Source: Tubiluchus corallicola
Taxonomy: Eukaryota; Animalia; Priapulida
Direction of reading: 5' to 3'
DNA: 64,000 bases
Assembly: GCA_030141605.1 (NCBI GenBank)
Contig: JAQGDQ010000637.1
Coordinates: 1-64,000, forward strand
Shown piece by piece: positions 37,290 through 51,200 of this stretch. The notes beneath the pieces were generated by a model. The model made no database searches. It was not told the origin of the DNA and saw only the letters and a program-made list of their open reading frames with translations. How positions within the stretch are numbered: position 1 is the first letter of the stretch; every line of letters starts with the position of its first letter. A program made the translations under genes and the position numbers.

Positions 37290-40200
37290 GGAATCAAATA
37301 GATGTACAGACAGACGAGCAAACGCACAAATGAACACAGAATCAAATAGATGTACAGACAGACGAGCAAACGCACAAATGAACTCAGAATCAAATAGATG
37401 TACAGACAGACGAGCATACGTACAAATGCACACAGAATGAAATAGATGCACAGACAGACGAGCAAACGTACAAATAAACACAGGCTGAAATAAATGTACA
37501 GACAGACGAGCAAACGCACAAATGAACGCAGAATCAAATAGATGTACAGACAGACGAGCAAACGCACAAATGAACACAGAATCAAATAGACGTACAGACA
37601 GACGAGCAAACGCACAAATAAACACAGAATCAAATAGATGTACAGACAGACGAGCAAACGCACAAATGAACGCAGAATCAAATAGATGTACAGACAGACG
37701 AGCAAACGCACAAATGCACACAGAATCAAATAGCCGTGCAGACAGAAGAGCAAAAAATGAACACAGAATCAAATAGATGTACAGACAGACGAGCAAACGT
37801 ACAAATGCACACAGAATGAAATAGATGCACAGACAGACGAGCAAACGTACAAATAAACACAGGCTGAAATAAATGTACAGACAGACGAGCAAACGCACAA
37901 ATGAACGCAGAATCAAATAGATGTACAGACAGACGAGCAAACGCACAAATGAACACAGAATCAAATAGACGTACAGACAGACGAGCAAACGCACAAATAA
38001 AGACAGAATCAAATAGACGTACAGACAAACGAGCAAACGCACTAATGCACAAAGAATCAAATAGATGTACAGACAGACGAGCAAACGTACAAATGCACAC
38101 AGAATCAAATAGATGTACAGACAGACGAGCAAACGCACAAATGAACACAGAATCAAATAGATGTCCAGACAGATGAGCAAACGCACAAATGAACACAGAA
38201 TCAAATAGACGCACAGACAGACGAGCAAACGCACAAATGAACACAGAATGAAATATATGTACAGACAGACGAGCAAACGCACAATTGAACACAGAATCAA
38301 ATAGATGTACAGACAGACGAGCAAACGTACAAATGCACACAGAATGAAATAGATGTACAGACAGACGAGCAAACGTACAAATGCACACAGAATGAAATAG
38401 ATGTACAGACAGACGAGCAAACGTACAAATGCACACAGAATGAAATAGATGTACAGACAGACGAGCAAACGTACAAATAAACACAGGCTGAAATAAATGT
38501 ACAGACAGACGAGCAAACGCATAAATGAACACAGAATCAAATAGATGTACAGACAGACGAGCAAACGTACAAATGAATACAGAATCAAATAGATGTACAG
38601 ACAGACGAGCAAACGTACAAATGAACACAGAATCAAATAGACGTACAGACAGACGAGCAAACGCACAAATGAACACAGAATCAAATAGATGTACAGACAG
38701 ACGAGCAAACGCACAAATGAACACAGAATCAAATAGATGTACAGACAGACGAGCAAACGCACAAATGAACACAGAATCAAATAGACGTACAGACAGACGA
38801 GCAAACGCACAAATGAACACAGAATGAAATATATGTACAGACAGACGAGCAAACGCACAATTGAACACAGAATCAAATAGATGTACAGACAGACGAGCAA
38901 ACGTACAAATGCACACAGAATGAAATAGATGTACAGACAGACGAGCAAACGTACAAATGCACACAGAATCAAATAGATGTACAGACAGACGAGCAAACGT
39001 ACAAATAAACACAGGATCAAATAGATGTACAGACAGACGAGCAAACGCACAAATGAACACAGAATCAAATAGATGTACAGACAGACGAGCAAACGTACAA
39101 ATGAACACAGAATCAAATAGACGTACAGACAGACGAGCAAACGCACAAATAAACACAGAATCAAATAGACGTACAGACAGACGAGCAAATGCACAAATGC
39201 ACACAGAATCAAATAGATGTACAGACAGACGAGGAAACGCACAAATGCACACAGAATCAAATAGATGTACAGACAGACGAGGAAACGCACAAATAAACAC
39301 AGAATCAAATAGATGTACAGACAGACGAGCAAACGCACAAATGAACACAGAATCAAATAGATGTACAGACAGACGAGCAAACGCACAAATGAACACAGAA
39401 TCAAATAGACGTACAGACAGACGAGCAAACGCACAAATAAACACAGAATCAAATAGACGTACAGACAGACGAGCAAACGTACAAATGAACACAGAATCAA
39501 ATAGACGTACAGGCAGACGAGCAAACGTACAAATAAACACAGAATCAAATAGATGTACAGACAGACGAGCAAACGCACAAATGAACACAGAATCAAATAG
39601 ATGTACAGACAGACGAGCAAACGTACAAATGAACACAGAATCAAATAGACGTACAGACAGACGAGCAAACGCACAAATGCACACAGAATCAAATAGCCGT
39701 GCAGACAGAAGAGCAAAAAATGAACACAGAATCAAATAGATGTACAGACAGACGAGCAAACGTACAAATGAACACAGAATCAAATAGACGTACAGACAGA
39801 TGAGCAAACGCACCAATGCACACAGAATCAAATAGACGTACAGACAGACGAGCAAACGCACAAATGAACACAGAATCAAATAGACTTACAGACAGACGAG
39901 CAAACGCACAAATAAAGACAGAATCAAATAGACGTACAGACAAACGAGCAAACGCACTAATGCACAAAGAATCAAATAGATGTACAGACAGACGAGCAAA
40001 CGTACAAATGCACACAGAATCAAATAGATGTACAGACAGACGAGCAAACGCACAAATGAACACAGAATGAAATGTATGTACAGACAGACGAGCAAACGCA
40101 CAAATGCACACAGAATCAAATAGATGCCCAGACAGACGAGCAAACGCACAAATAAACACAGAATCAAATAGACGTACAGACAGACAAGCAAACGCACAAA

Positions 40201-40595
40201 TAAACACAGAATCGAATAGATGTACAGTCAGACGAGCAAACGCACAAATGAACACAGAATGAAATAGATGTACAGACAGACGAGCAAACGCACAAATGCA
40301 TACAGAATCAAATAGATGTCCAGACAGATGAGCAAACGCACAAATACACACAGAATCGAATAGATGTACAGACAGACGAGCAAACGCACAAATGAACACC
40401 AAATCAAATAGACGTACAGACAGACGAGCAAACGCACAAATAAACAGAATCGAATAGATGTACAGACAGACGAGCAAACGTACAAATGAAAACAGAATCG
40501 AATAGACGTACAGACAGACGAGCAAACGCACAAGTAAACACAGAATCAAATAGATGTACAGACAGACGAGCTGACGCACAAATGAACACAGAAAA
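37290..40595. repeat. 45-bp satellite, ~73 copies
   Basis: Unit GAATCAAATAGATGTACAGACAGACGAGCAAACGCACAAATGAACACA-like; variant unit TAGCCGTGCAGACAGAAGAGCAAAAAATG at ~37731 and ~39694. Confidence 0.96.
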
Positions 40596-40604
40596 GGATC
40601 AATG

Positions 40605-41409
40605 AACTCCAGTGGATGACTTTGTTTCATTTTAGTTTTATCTCATTTTCAATCTGTCGTTCACAATTTGTTTGGCAGTCTATTGTTTTGTAGTGGTATA
40701 CAAAAGAAAGGTAGGCCTGTATCACTTAACTGCTTGTTAAACCTACATTCTAACGAGAATTCCATAAAACAATGCTGAGAGACACGAACAATAACCTATT
40801 TAATCTGAAACAATGGCCACAGTTTAGGAAATAGTTCTTTGACGCGCTAAAATTCCATTCCTGCGTTTTTGCTTTGTGACTGAAACAGCAAGCAGCAGCA
40901 GACGAGAAATGGAGAAATTTTCAATCTTGTTGATTTGTTTCAGTTCATCGTTGTTCCTCATTAAATATGGTAAGCGTAGTCGTAGTTTATAATAATTATT
41001 AACAGATGTCATCATTGTCTCTTTCTGAAAAACTGAATTTGGTTTCTAACCGTTGTAAACTTTGATCAGATTTAATTTGCACTGTTTAGCCAAAAGACGT
41101 TTAAAACTTTAAAGGTATTAAGTCAAATAATGAAAAATCAAAACTCTGAACTGATGACAAAGGACACTGTTCTCTATACTCGATGTTCCTATTTTTGCAT
41201 TATGAACATTTTGAAAAACAATGTCAAGGTGATAAGAACCAGGGCCTATTTCAGCCTAAGCGAGGCCCGAGGAAGTGGGGCGTGTGAGGCCTCTTGGGGT
41301 TAATATGGAGTTATACAGTTGTTAAAGGAAAGAACAATTGAAAGAAAAACTGCTTTATTTTCAAGACCAGTCCTTAATACTTCTCAATATTGGCGAACGG
41401 CGCGCGTGC

Positions 41410-41457
<48 letters not shown>

Positions 41458-41460
41458 GAG
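40605..41460 (+). repeat. Second copy of the 0.8 kb duplicated segment
   Basis: Near-identical to 17984-18868. Confidence 0.92.
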
Positions 41461-41585
41461 AGATGAGGGACAGACGAGGCAGCATGTTCGCTTAAAGCAA
41501 AAAAATGTTACCTTCGCGCTAGGCCCCCCTGGATGGTGAGGCCCCGGGGAAGTATGCCCACTCCCCCCCCCTGAAATATTCCCTG
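41240..41585. mobile_element. hAT-like MITE containing a (GA)n tract
   Basis: TIR CAGGGCCTATTTCAG / CTGAAATATTCCCTG (13/15); 8-bp TSD ATAAGAAC / ATAAGAAA (7/8). Confidence 0.7.
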
Positions 41586-41639
41586 ATAAGAAATAAAGGC
41601 CGACTGGAACTGTGTGTATCGCTTGGCATCGCAATTTCA

Positions 41640-43130
41640 AAGCTTGCTTTCTAGTGAACCAGGTTTTTATACCTATTTCTGGGGAACATTAACTTGCAAT
41701 TACGCATAAGTGTGTAATCAAATATGTTGCATTTGTATATTTGCTGTAATTTAGTAAAAGTCACGAGTTTTGATGTATAAGGAAAACCCAGACAGCGTGT
41801 GCTGATGCTATTGATATGTGTATGTTTAGGCTCAGCCTGGGGAGTGGTAGGCTAAGCAGTAATTTTCAGGAACCTGTTTCTGACTACCACAGTAGTTTCT
41901 GACTACTACTCAAGTGCACCCTGCAACCTTGTACAAACTCCTAAAAAGCCTCTAGAAAAATCTGTTCTTGGAAATAGTTGGCTGTTTCTTTGAAAAATAT
42001 TCACATCGAATGTTATCTGCAGTTTCACTCTCCTCTCAACCCACATAGAAGTCTCACCTATAGGTAGCAAAAGCCAAATTTCAACATCCCAAATGAAATC
42101 ATGCAGGTCTAATATAAGATCACCTGCTTCATCGGAGCATAAACGCCAACAGGCAGAAGCTCTCCATGTAGAAACTGTACAGGTAATTGTCAAATTATGA
42201 GAATGACACGTAGATACTGTCGTTCATCACCTGCTTCATCAGAGCATAAACGCCAACAGGCAGAAGCTCTCCATGTAGGAACTGTACAGGTATGTATATG
42301 TCAAATCATCAGAATGACGCGTAGATACTGTCGTTCATCACCTGCTTCATCAGAGCATAAACGCCAACAGGCAGAAGCTCTCCATGTAGAAACTGTACAG
42401 GTAATTGTTAAATCATCAGAATGACGCGTAGATACTGTCGTTCATCACCTGCTTAATCCGAGCATAAACACCAACAGGCAGAAGCTCTCCATGTAGAAAC
42501 TGTACAGGTGATTGTTAAATTAGCAGAGGGACGCATGATTCTGTCAGCATTGCAGATATCAAAAATTTCTTACTGCAGGCCTCCATCCGAGCGTTTCGGT
42601 AAATTGTCAAGGACTGAAAGACACCAACTTAAGGCTATATTCAAAGGGTGCATACAAGCTCTACGCCAGGTTTCAATGCAGTTGGAATTCAAAACATTGT
42701 GCAAGTTGCTGAATTCCGTGGGTTGAACACACATGATCAAGCAATCTTACTTAAAGCAGCCACTCCCATCATTTGGCTGCTTTGGGCTAAATTAAATTTG
42801 ATTTCGTAACAGCCGCACGCCAATTAATCCCACAGCACGGACTAGATGACTTTCATTGTGTTACCCAACAATTATATAAAATTGCGTGTGTTCTTAAGAT
42901 AGTTCGTTCAACATTATGCGAACTAAATGTCTTAGCTAATACCCGCCTCTTCTACCCGGACTGTCCAGGTTTATATACGCCAGAAGAGATTGCAACTCAT
43001 CACGCCAATTGAGCCAATAGATAGATTCTAATCACATGGCGTGCACGTTTCGTCTCACAACCAGACATTAATGCGATGTGGTAGACTACTTCAACCTGCG
43101 ATAGTCCGCGATACAGAAATCCAGGTCTCT
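41640..43130 (+). pseudogene. Decayed nuclear hormone receptor (clear LBD remnants; possible DBD traces)
   Basis: 42684-42800 GIQNIVQVAEFRGLNTHDQAILLKAATPIIWLL (F..L...DQ..LLK signature); 42920-43000 ELNVLANTRLFYPDCPGLYTPEEI (E..LL.A..LF.PDRPGL). The two blocks are in different frames with stops. Weak DBD-like traces at 41656-41860. Confidence 0.6.
42120..42510. repeat. 107-111 bp tandem repeat, ~3.6 copies
   Basis: CACCTGCTT at 42121, 42228, 42339 and 42446. Confidence 0.9.
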
Positions 43131-43328
43131 CCTCAACAAAGAAGGGACGAAACAGAACAAGAACCTTAAACTATAAATGAGAATTATTAATGAGATGAAT
43201 TTTGAACTGTTAATTGTTGATTAGACGAAATTTGAACCATTGCTGCGTATGTACAATTGGATGCCGAATAATCGGCGCACCTACGTAGATGTTAGCTAGT
43301 TGCTTGAGCATATTAATCAAGTTATTGT

Positions 43329-43368
<40 letters not shown>

Positions 43369-43494
43369 GCAGCAACAATAACAACAACAGCAACAACAAC
43401 AACAGCAACAGCAGCAACAACAACAACAGCAACAAACAACAGCAACAGCAGCAGTAACAGCAGCAGCAGCAGCAGCAACAGCAACAGCAACAAT

Positions 43495-43545
<51 letters not shown>
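43329..43545. repeat. Compound (AAC)n/(AGC)n microsatellite
   Basis: Directly visible. Confidence 0.95.
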
Positions 43546-43912
43546 AAAAAGCTCAATGTTTTATACATAATATCACATATTTTGTATCATACGGTACATA
43601 TGCTTTGAGTGCACGTCGACGTGCACGTTGTGACGCGGGGCAAACGAGAGAGCTGGAACACAGGTACTAGGTGATATGCTTTTGATTAGGGCATCAACAC
43701 GCCTAATTCAACCCTGCAAAAACAGGAATAAAGGTGCAGGTACAGTTCGTCATATCATTTCTCTCGATATTGTACTGTCAAAATTACGAATGCCTGCTAG
43801 ACACGTTGAACATTGTTGGTTAAAAAAGTATTGTTTACAGGAAAAGTAGAAATTGTAAGATGATGAAGATATCAGTGATAGTGTGCACTAACTTCACCGT
43901 CATTATTTTCAG

Positions 43913-45752
43913 CACTTACGGCGAAGTATAAGTATATTGGTTGCTACGATATGAACTTGTTTACACCACAGGAAAATTTTACCGACAACCAATCCGGATC
44001 ACCCAAATATTGCACAGTTATTTGCGGGTCATACGATGACCCACTTGTTGACCCTACCAGATACATTTATAAGAGCCTTTGGACTCCAGTTAGATTAAGT
44101 GATACGTTTCAATGCTGGTGCAGTAACATTAGTAATTTTTCACCGGAGACCGTGAGTGACAAGTCCTTTTGTTACGCATGTAAGGACGTTTTTTTGCATT
44201 CCTGTGGAACGGAAGTTAACGTCACGTTTGCCAGCCTCTATAAAGCAGGTTAGTGCACACCAGAAACCATTTTCTGTACGAACTATTTGTGTTGTTATAG
44301 TAGTTTCTGTAGTTCAGTCAACCTCGGATATAAGGGACACCTCTGGACCGGAAAAATAGTCCCTTATATCCGATGTCCGTTATAGCCGAAGTTGAATCGA
44401 GGAAAACCGAGCTGCTCGAAGGCTGAGTTTGCAAAAAATTGAAGTTAAAATCGATCAATTTCGCTTGAGCCACTTCTTTATATTTTCATCTAGTTACTCA
44501 CATCATTACAGCCATAAGTCCTGACCTTAGTCCAAGGGAATACAGTCTGGCCCAGGCGGGATCTTGGCATAGGCTTTTCAGGTTTTTAAGAATATTTGAT
44601 CATAGGATCCCTTATGTGCGAGGTAATTTACTTGGGTTTCTATTACGCGGGATCTGAAGATATATCTGAAGTCCCTTATATCTGAGTACTTTATATACGA
44701 AGATTTTTGCATAAGAAAAATGTTACAAAAAATCGGGACCGGTGTTGGTGGTCCCTTATAAGCGAATGTCCCTTATAAGCGAGTACCTGATACCCGAGGT
44801 TGACTGTATTTCAAATAGCTGCACAAGCATTTGGTTCACGTTTACATGTCAGTTTTTAAAGAGCTGAGCAGAAAAAGTTTCATAAGTACAACTAATGCGT
44901 ATCTTTGAGATTACGCAGAAAATATTATTATGTAGGCAGGCAGGTAGCCAAGAACTTATAAGGGAGGAACACCGTCAAATTTCGTCTAAACAAAAATATG
45001 GGCATATGCCAAAAACTAAATTTGTTTCCTTTAAACGAAGCTGTAAGTCGAATGTTCAATACATTCGATTGGCTGTAAAACGTAGATCCAGATACATTGC
45101 CCCAAAATTGCGAGTGTTTCGTTTAGCCACAAAATGGCGATAAGTAGTATGCCAGAAGCGCAATAAGCATTTTGTGATACAACCGCCTTGACTAATTTTG
45201 CAATTAATCGAATATTGTTGTGAATAAATTTATAAATCGGTATTTTGGTAGTAAATTAATGCAGTTATCAGCTGAATTAGATTCAGTTGATAAATCTCAT
45301 GTCCCCCCCCCTGATTTTCATGAGATAAATTTATACGATTGAAAGAGAAACTCATCCAGCTGATAAGTACGGATTTAATGCGACGCAAATTATTGCACAT
45401 GTTAGAGAGAATGTCTTGTTTAAGAGAAGACGCTATTGTCTTGTATAGTCACATGCAGAGTTAAAGTTAATTAAGGGAAGGTCGGTAAGCGTTGCGGATG
45501 TCGTATAGAGGTGGCTTTATGACCGTCACCAAGGTCTCTATCAGTCTTTAGCGACATTAGAAGAGAGAAATCTGAAGATTTGCCGATGATGGGAAAGATC
45601 TCACGCAGCGAAAGAATTCGAAGAAACACCTTGTTGATTGTAAAGTCAGGAATCTCCTGGCGGGTGGTGTCATCTGCCACAGGTGTTGCCATATGGTGCA
45701 ATCTTTAGCAAGGTCAGCTCTCCGAGATATAGACTCTAGCTTGAGACTAGAG

Positions 45753-45831
<79 letters not shown>

Positions 45832-46783
45832 ATCTCAGACACGATTGGCGAGAAGGTAGATTGGCGAAAAGGTAGACTGGCGAGAAGGTAGATTGGCGAA
45901 AAAGTAGACTGGCGAGAAGGTAGATTGGCGAAAAAGTAGACTGGCGAGAAGGTAGATTGGCGAAAAAGTGGATTGGCGAGAAGGTAGATTGGCGAAAAAG
46001 TAGACTGGCGAGAAGGTAGATTGGCGAAAAAGTAGACTGGCGAGAAGGTAGCTGGTAAAGTGGGTGATTACTCTTAGTTGGCACTTGCAAGAAGAGTGCA
46101 TTATTACTGGTATCCAATTATAATGACAAATCAACAGAAAATAACATACTGCATACTCTTTGACACCGCTAACTCGCTCGAAGGCTTGCTTCTAAACTCA
46201 CTGACTAAAATTTATTGTTTGTGCTTGTGGGGAAATGGAGGTTAAACAACAAAAAAATTATGGGCACTGATCAAAAACAAAAACTGATGTACAGACTTCG
46301 CGCGCATGTTAATTACTATTTTGCGTTAGAAGTAGCATTTACTACCAAATACACGTAATACGAAAAAATGTTTTGTTTCCCCTGAAAATCGTATTACCGG
46401 TATTCGACCACACTTGCATACATGTATTGATTCAGCAAAGCACCTTTGTGTTTCAGGTCATTCCTATAGCTATCATGGATGCTACTATCAAGGCAAATCT
46501 GGAGTTATATTCGATGATACATCCGATCTTATGTATAATAATGATTTTGATACCTTAGTGAAGCATTGTAAACAAACATGTGATCAAGATTTTACATTTA
46601 TGGCGTATTTCTATAATGGGACTGGAACATACTGCATGTGTGGTAATGCAAGCGAAAAGATGGATGAGTACCTCGAAAAAAATGATACACTGTGTCCTGA
46701 TAACTGTCCACACAGTCACAAAACTTTCAAGAAGTGTGGAGGAAATATCGCAAAGAATTACACAGCCGTTGAGATCGATACTG
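43913..46783 (+). CDS. Gene 2: two divergent WSC-like domains, one phase 1-1 exon each
   Basis: [33 protein letters not shown] and [31 protein letters not shown]; 8-Cys WSC pattern with Y.GCY start and CG/CGG end. Confidence 0.7.
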
Positions 46784-48120
46784 GTATTTATTTTTAGTTC
46801 GTCATTTTAATTTTTGGGATCAATTACTACGGCAGGTAGGCTCTTGCCCTTGCACGTATATGTACTCCAAATTCACAACCCCATTGTTGAATCTCAGCGT
46901 GGTCGGTACGGTTTGTTATTGTTGTTTTTCTTGTTGTGTGTCTAAAGGTTCCGATTTGTTCATCTTGATAATAACTTGATGCCACACCTTAAAGAAGTAT
47001 GAACGCCCGAATAATTCTTAGTTTTACCCCGAATTATTTCTAATAACAGAATGACGGAAACATTAACTAATTAGTTAACAGATGGTTTAATGGACTATTT
47101 CGGCCAATCAATAGACCATTTTCTAGTTGGCTTTACTTAGGAATTTCCTTGGCATTTCTAAGTAAAAAGCTATGCAACTAAAGTGATTACTTAATAAATA
47201 AAAAAAAACATCCTGTGACCACTATACTGTTGCCTAGGTGTCCTCAGTTTTCGAACCCAAAAGTAATGTTGTCTCTAAATTACCACAGTGCCTATTTGTA
47301 TTTTTCTGTAGATAACATAGTAAAATGAACTTATTATTTTTCCTAGAAAGTTCCAGATTATGCCACACTTATGGCATTTTGTATTAGATGAGTATGTATC
47401 TAATGGAGTATGGTCATTCAGTTGAAAAAAGTGTACGTGTGTGTGTGTGTGTGTGTGTGTGTGCGTATGGGTGAGTGAGTGCGTGCGTACTTGCGTGCCT
47501 GCGCGTGTTTGTATGTGTTCCATTTGTTTGTCTATCTGTTACCACTTTTCTTGGCTCTGGTGTAATTTGGGACACACCTCTCACAGTGGTAAGGCATGGC
47601 TAAAGTTGTTTTTGAATCGATTGATGCAAATTTGAATTTTTGTTATTTTTAAATGCCCTTGTACAAATAACTATAAATGCTGTAATATGCTGAGCAGTGA
47701 GACACTTGTAACTAGGCAATTACTAAACGCCAGTAATACTCAAATAAGGCGGTCTTATTAACAAGGGTAACATAAATTTTAAGAACAATTAGTAAAACAT
47801 TTTAAACGGACAGACGTTTTGGCGGTGATGTGCTTGCAACTTCTGCCTTGTATTTAGATCTGTTTATGAAGTTATGAGTTTTTAACCAAGATGTGGTGTA
47901 ATTTTAAATGATAATTGTAATGTGTATAAATGGCTTAAAAATTAAGCTCGCAGCTCGCAGGATATTACGACGGCTTGTCCTAAGTTTTTTCACAGGATGT
48001 GTGCTTTGAGGATGTCTGTATTTAAATTTTGATTTTGATTTTTATTGCTGCTGTTGCTATTGTTTGTTGTCGTTGTTGTTGTTGTTGCTGCTGTTGTTGC
48101 TGTTGTTGTAGTAGTAGTAA

Positions 48121-48209
<89 letters not shown>

Positions 48210-48212
48210 TAG

Positions 48213-48244
<32 letters not shown>

Positions 48245-51200
48245 GCTGCTGCTGCAAAACCATCTCTTTCACTAACACACTTAAAAACTCCAGATATTTC
48301 ACCATTTTGAGAATTTCCTTTTGGATTTGGAGAATTATTAAATAATGCCGATATTTGCAATTTAGTTGTTTTGTTTACAACAAATCTTTACGGCATCGCT
48401 TTATTCCACATACAATATCTGGTAGCATTTGAGAATTGTTTCCTGTAAATGTACTCCTGTATAAATGAATTCCACAGTTTCATCAGTGGACCGCTTTGAA
48501 GTATGCCGTCATTATACCTCTGGTAGGTCCCTAGTGGCCACTCGATTTGCTCTATTAAGGTCTGTCTGAACTTCCCAATTTGCTCTACGTTCTTTAAGTG
48601 ATTTAATATATTCTTCAGCATTAACGCACATAATTAACTTCAAGAAGACTTTCATACAATGATTAAGTAAATAAATAATGCCCAATAATTCTTGTAGTCA
48701 TTACTGATGTCAATATGATCTGACATAAAACAGTTTTTACCTGTCACAGTGTTAGCAATTTGACAGACCTGCATATTTTTCCCAAATGACCAAGTTGCTT
48801 GTTCAAGGTGTTTGTTTTTTTGCAGAGATTGAAAATTGTCCAATTGATTGCATTCATGGAAGTTGTAAATATGATGGAGACTCGGATTGGCCTGTTTACT
48901 GCAAATGCACATATGGTTACACGGGAGAAAGTTGTGATGAAGGTTTGTATTGCAAGAGTTCGAAATAAATTTTAACATAGCAATGACGTTATTGGATTCG
49001 AAAAACATCGAATGCAGGAAAAGATTGGTAAAGCGATGTTAATAATTAGTGGTACTGTGTCTGTCAAAAACTGAGGTAAGATTCTGCTTCTGTCACAGAA
49101 ATTGCTTTGTGTGAGAGCTTTTGTTTTGTATTTACGAACAAAGTTATTTTTTAAATAATTAACACTCTGTATGTATGTATGGTTATGCTTGACATTGAAA
49201 ATATTAGTGAAAACCTAAGCTTGTCACTTTTTGTTCGTGACTCGTGGGTCAAAAGTCAATCAAATACTAGTCAAATACCCCATTCAAATTCCCTCATCGA
49301 GGTCTATCATTTGATGTAGTACAATTACAATAATGATACGTGTTACGCAATGTTACAAACGACACAAATATTAGTTTACAAATTTTGCTAAAGTATAGTG
49401 CAAACTAGCATAAGAACATCCAAAATGGTATTAATAACCAGGTAAACAATTTAGTGATAAAATTTTGGCTAACTCAATAGTAACTTACATAAATAAATTA
49501 AAAATATCGCTAAAAAAATTTCTACAGGTTAAAGTGTTGATATTACGAGTTGACATGATTTATATTGCATGTGTAAAAAGTCTAGGGGTGAAATACTGCT
49601 AAATCCTTTCTTATATGTCAATGTCACCGCATTGACTCGGATTCCATGCAGGTGAAGAGTACTCTAAAATTGTCCTAGTATAAACTTTATAGCTCCGAGA
49701 AGTGCTTCCTTGTTACATGAATGGAATTATGTTACCATCGAGAAAATGACTGTTGCATTTACCAATATGGAGAATATCACATTTTAGAAAAGAAATATTA
49801 AACTGCCACGCTTGGCTCATTAAAGTATATTGCTTAATGCTGGCTGAATGTTATCGGAGTCACCAAGGTGCTACCTTCTATTTTTTGATAAAGTTTTACA
49901 TCGTGTGCAAACATTTTAATGGAGACCGTTCCTGTGTTCTTTAGCAAGCCATTTAGCAACGGGCAACGTTACAAACGACACAAATATTAGTTTACAAATT
50001 AGTTTACGAATATCGCTTAAAATTTTCTACAGGTTAAAGTGTTGATATTACGAAACTCCAAAATATTATTTAAATTTAGATTTGATTTTTCTCCCACCGC
50101 GTTTATTGGTTCATAAACCGAAATTTCAGTTAAATTTGCCCACTAGTGTGGTCAGTTGTTGACCAATTTAGGCTTAGGCCCTCGCTATTTAATTCGTCTT
50201 ATTGAGACCTAATATTTGATTTAGTACATGATACTGTACATAAATTGCAACTTGTCATTTTAACCTGTGTCCTCTTGGGCAAGAATCAACCAATGTGGAC
50301 GTGACTCACACACCAGTCAATTAATCTCATCGATACCTTTCATTTCACTTCCTACAACCTGCTGCTGTTTGACTGCTCTAGTGAGATCACGGGCAACCAA
50401 TCTCGGCGTAACTCATACCATTCCATTCTGCCCATCAAGACCTTTAATTTGACATACTACCACTGTCCAAATGTCACCTGCTCATAAGTCACTTGTGGTT
50501 TAGTCAGAACCAGCTAGGCTGATTTGTATTTTTCTACTTTTCATTTTCAAGATATTGACGATTGTGTATCAGTACTGTGTCAGAATGGTGGAACATGTGA
50601 AGACGGAATTAATAAGTATGACTGCAGATGTGTCGCTGGATATACTGGAAATGAATGTGAGACAGGTAAGTGTTTTTTTCAATAGTCGAACAACAACTTA
50701 AAAACTATGTGACGTATCTTACGTGTGCTTGGAAGCATTGCATGTCGTGATAATAAGTTCTTGCATTTTATCCTTATTTGCCCATGAGATTAGATTTGGG
50801 GTTATTTAGGTCATGATCACAAAGATCAAGCTGTGTGCTGGAGCGAATGGTTACATTTCGTTTTGTTGACAGTTGCCTTGTTAAATAATTGTCCATAATG
50901 CTCTCATACGAACAATTTTGTAATACATGACTACATCTGCTCCAGAGCCTTTAGTCCTAAAATATTTAGTCATTGTAGAGAGTTGACATGATTTATATTG
51001 CATGTGTAAGAAGTCTAGGGGTGAAATACTGCTGAATCTTTTCATCTGTGTCGATGTCACCGCATTGACTCGGATTCCATGCAGGTGAACAGTACTCTAA
51101 AATTGGCCGAGCATAAACTTTGCAGCTCCGAGGAGTGCTTCGTTGTTACATGAATGGAATTATGTTACCATCGAGAAAATGACTGTTGCATTTACCAATA

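Noticed and set aside
37077-40630. 879-aa, 717-aa and 313-aa hydrophobic ORFs and their + strand counterparts
   Set aside because: Translations of a 45-bp satellite, open in several frames and both strands; no unique coding sequence or splice context.
43676-43739. MLLIRASTRLIQPCKNRNKGA|gt as first exon of gene 2
   Set aside because: Phase-compatible but lacks a hydrophobic signal-peptide core; unsupported.
43860-43931. [23 protein letters not shown] as gene 2 signal peptide
   Set aside because: Out of frame with the WSC exon and ends in TAA; a good acceptor at 43912 explains the exon. It would only work if there were a 1-nt indel here.
43300-48360. Poly-T/N/L/Q/S/Y and (HT)/(CV) ORFs, also poly-ER ORFs at 18698-19086
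   Set aside because: Microsatellite translations; only 18959-19082 of the latter is a real exon.
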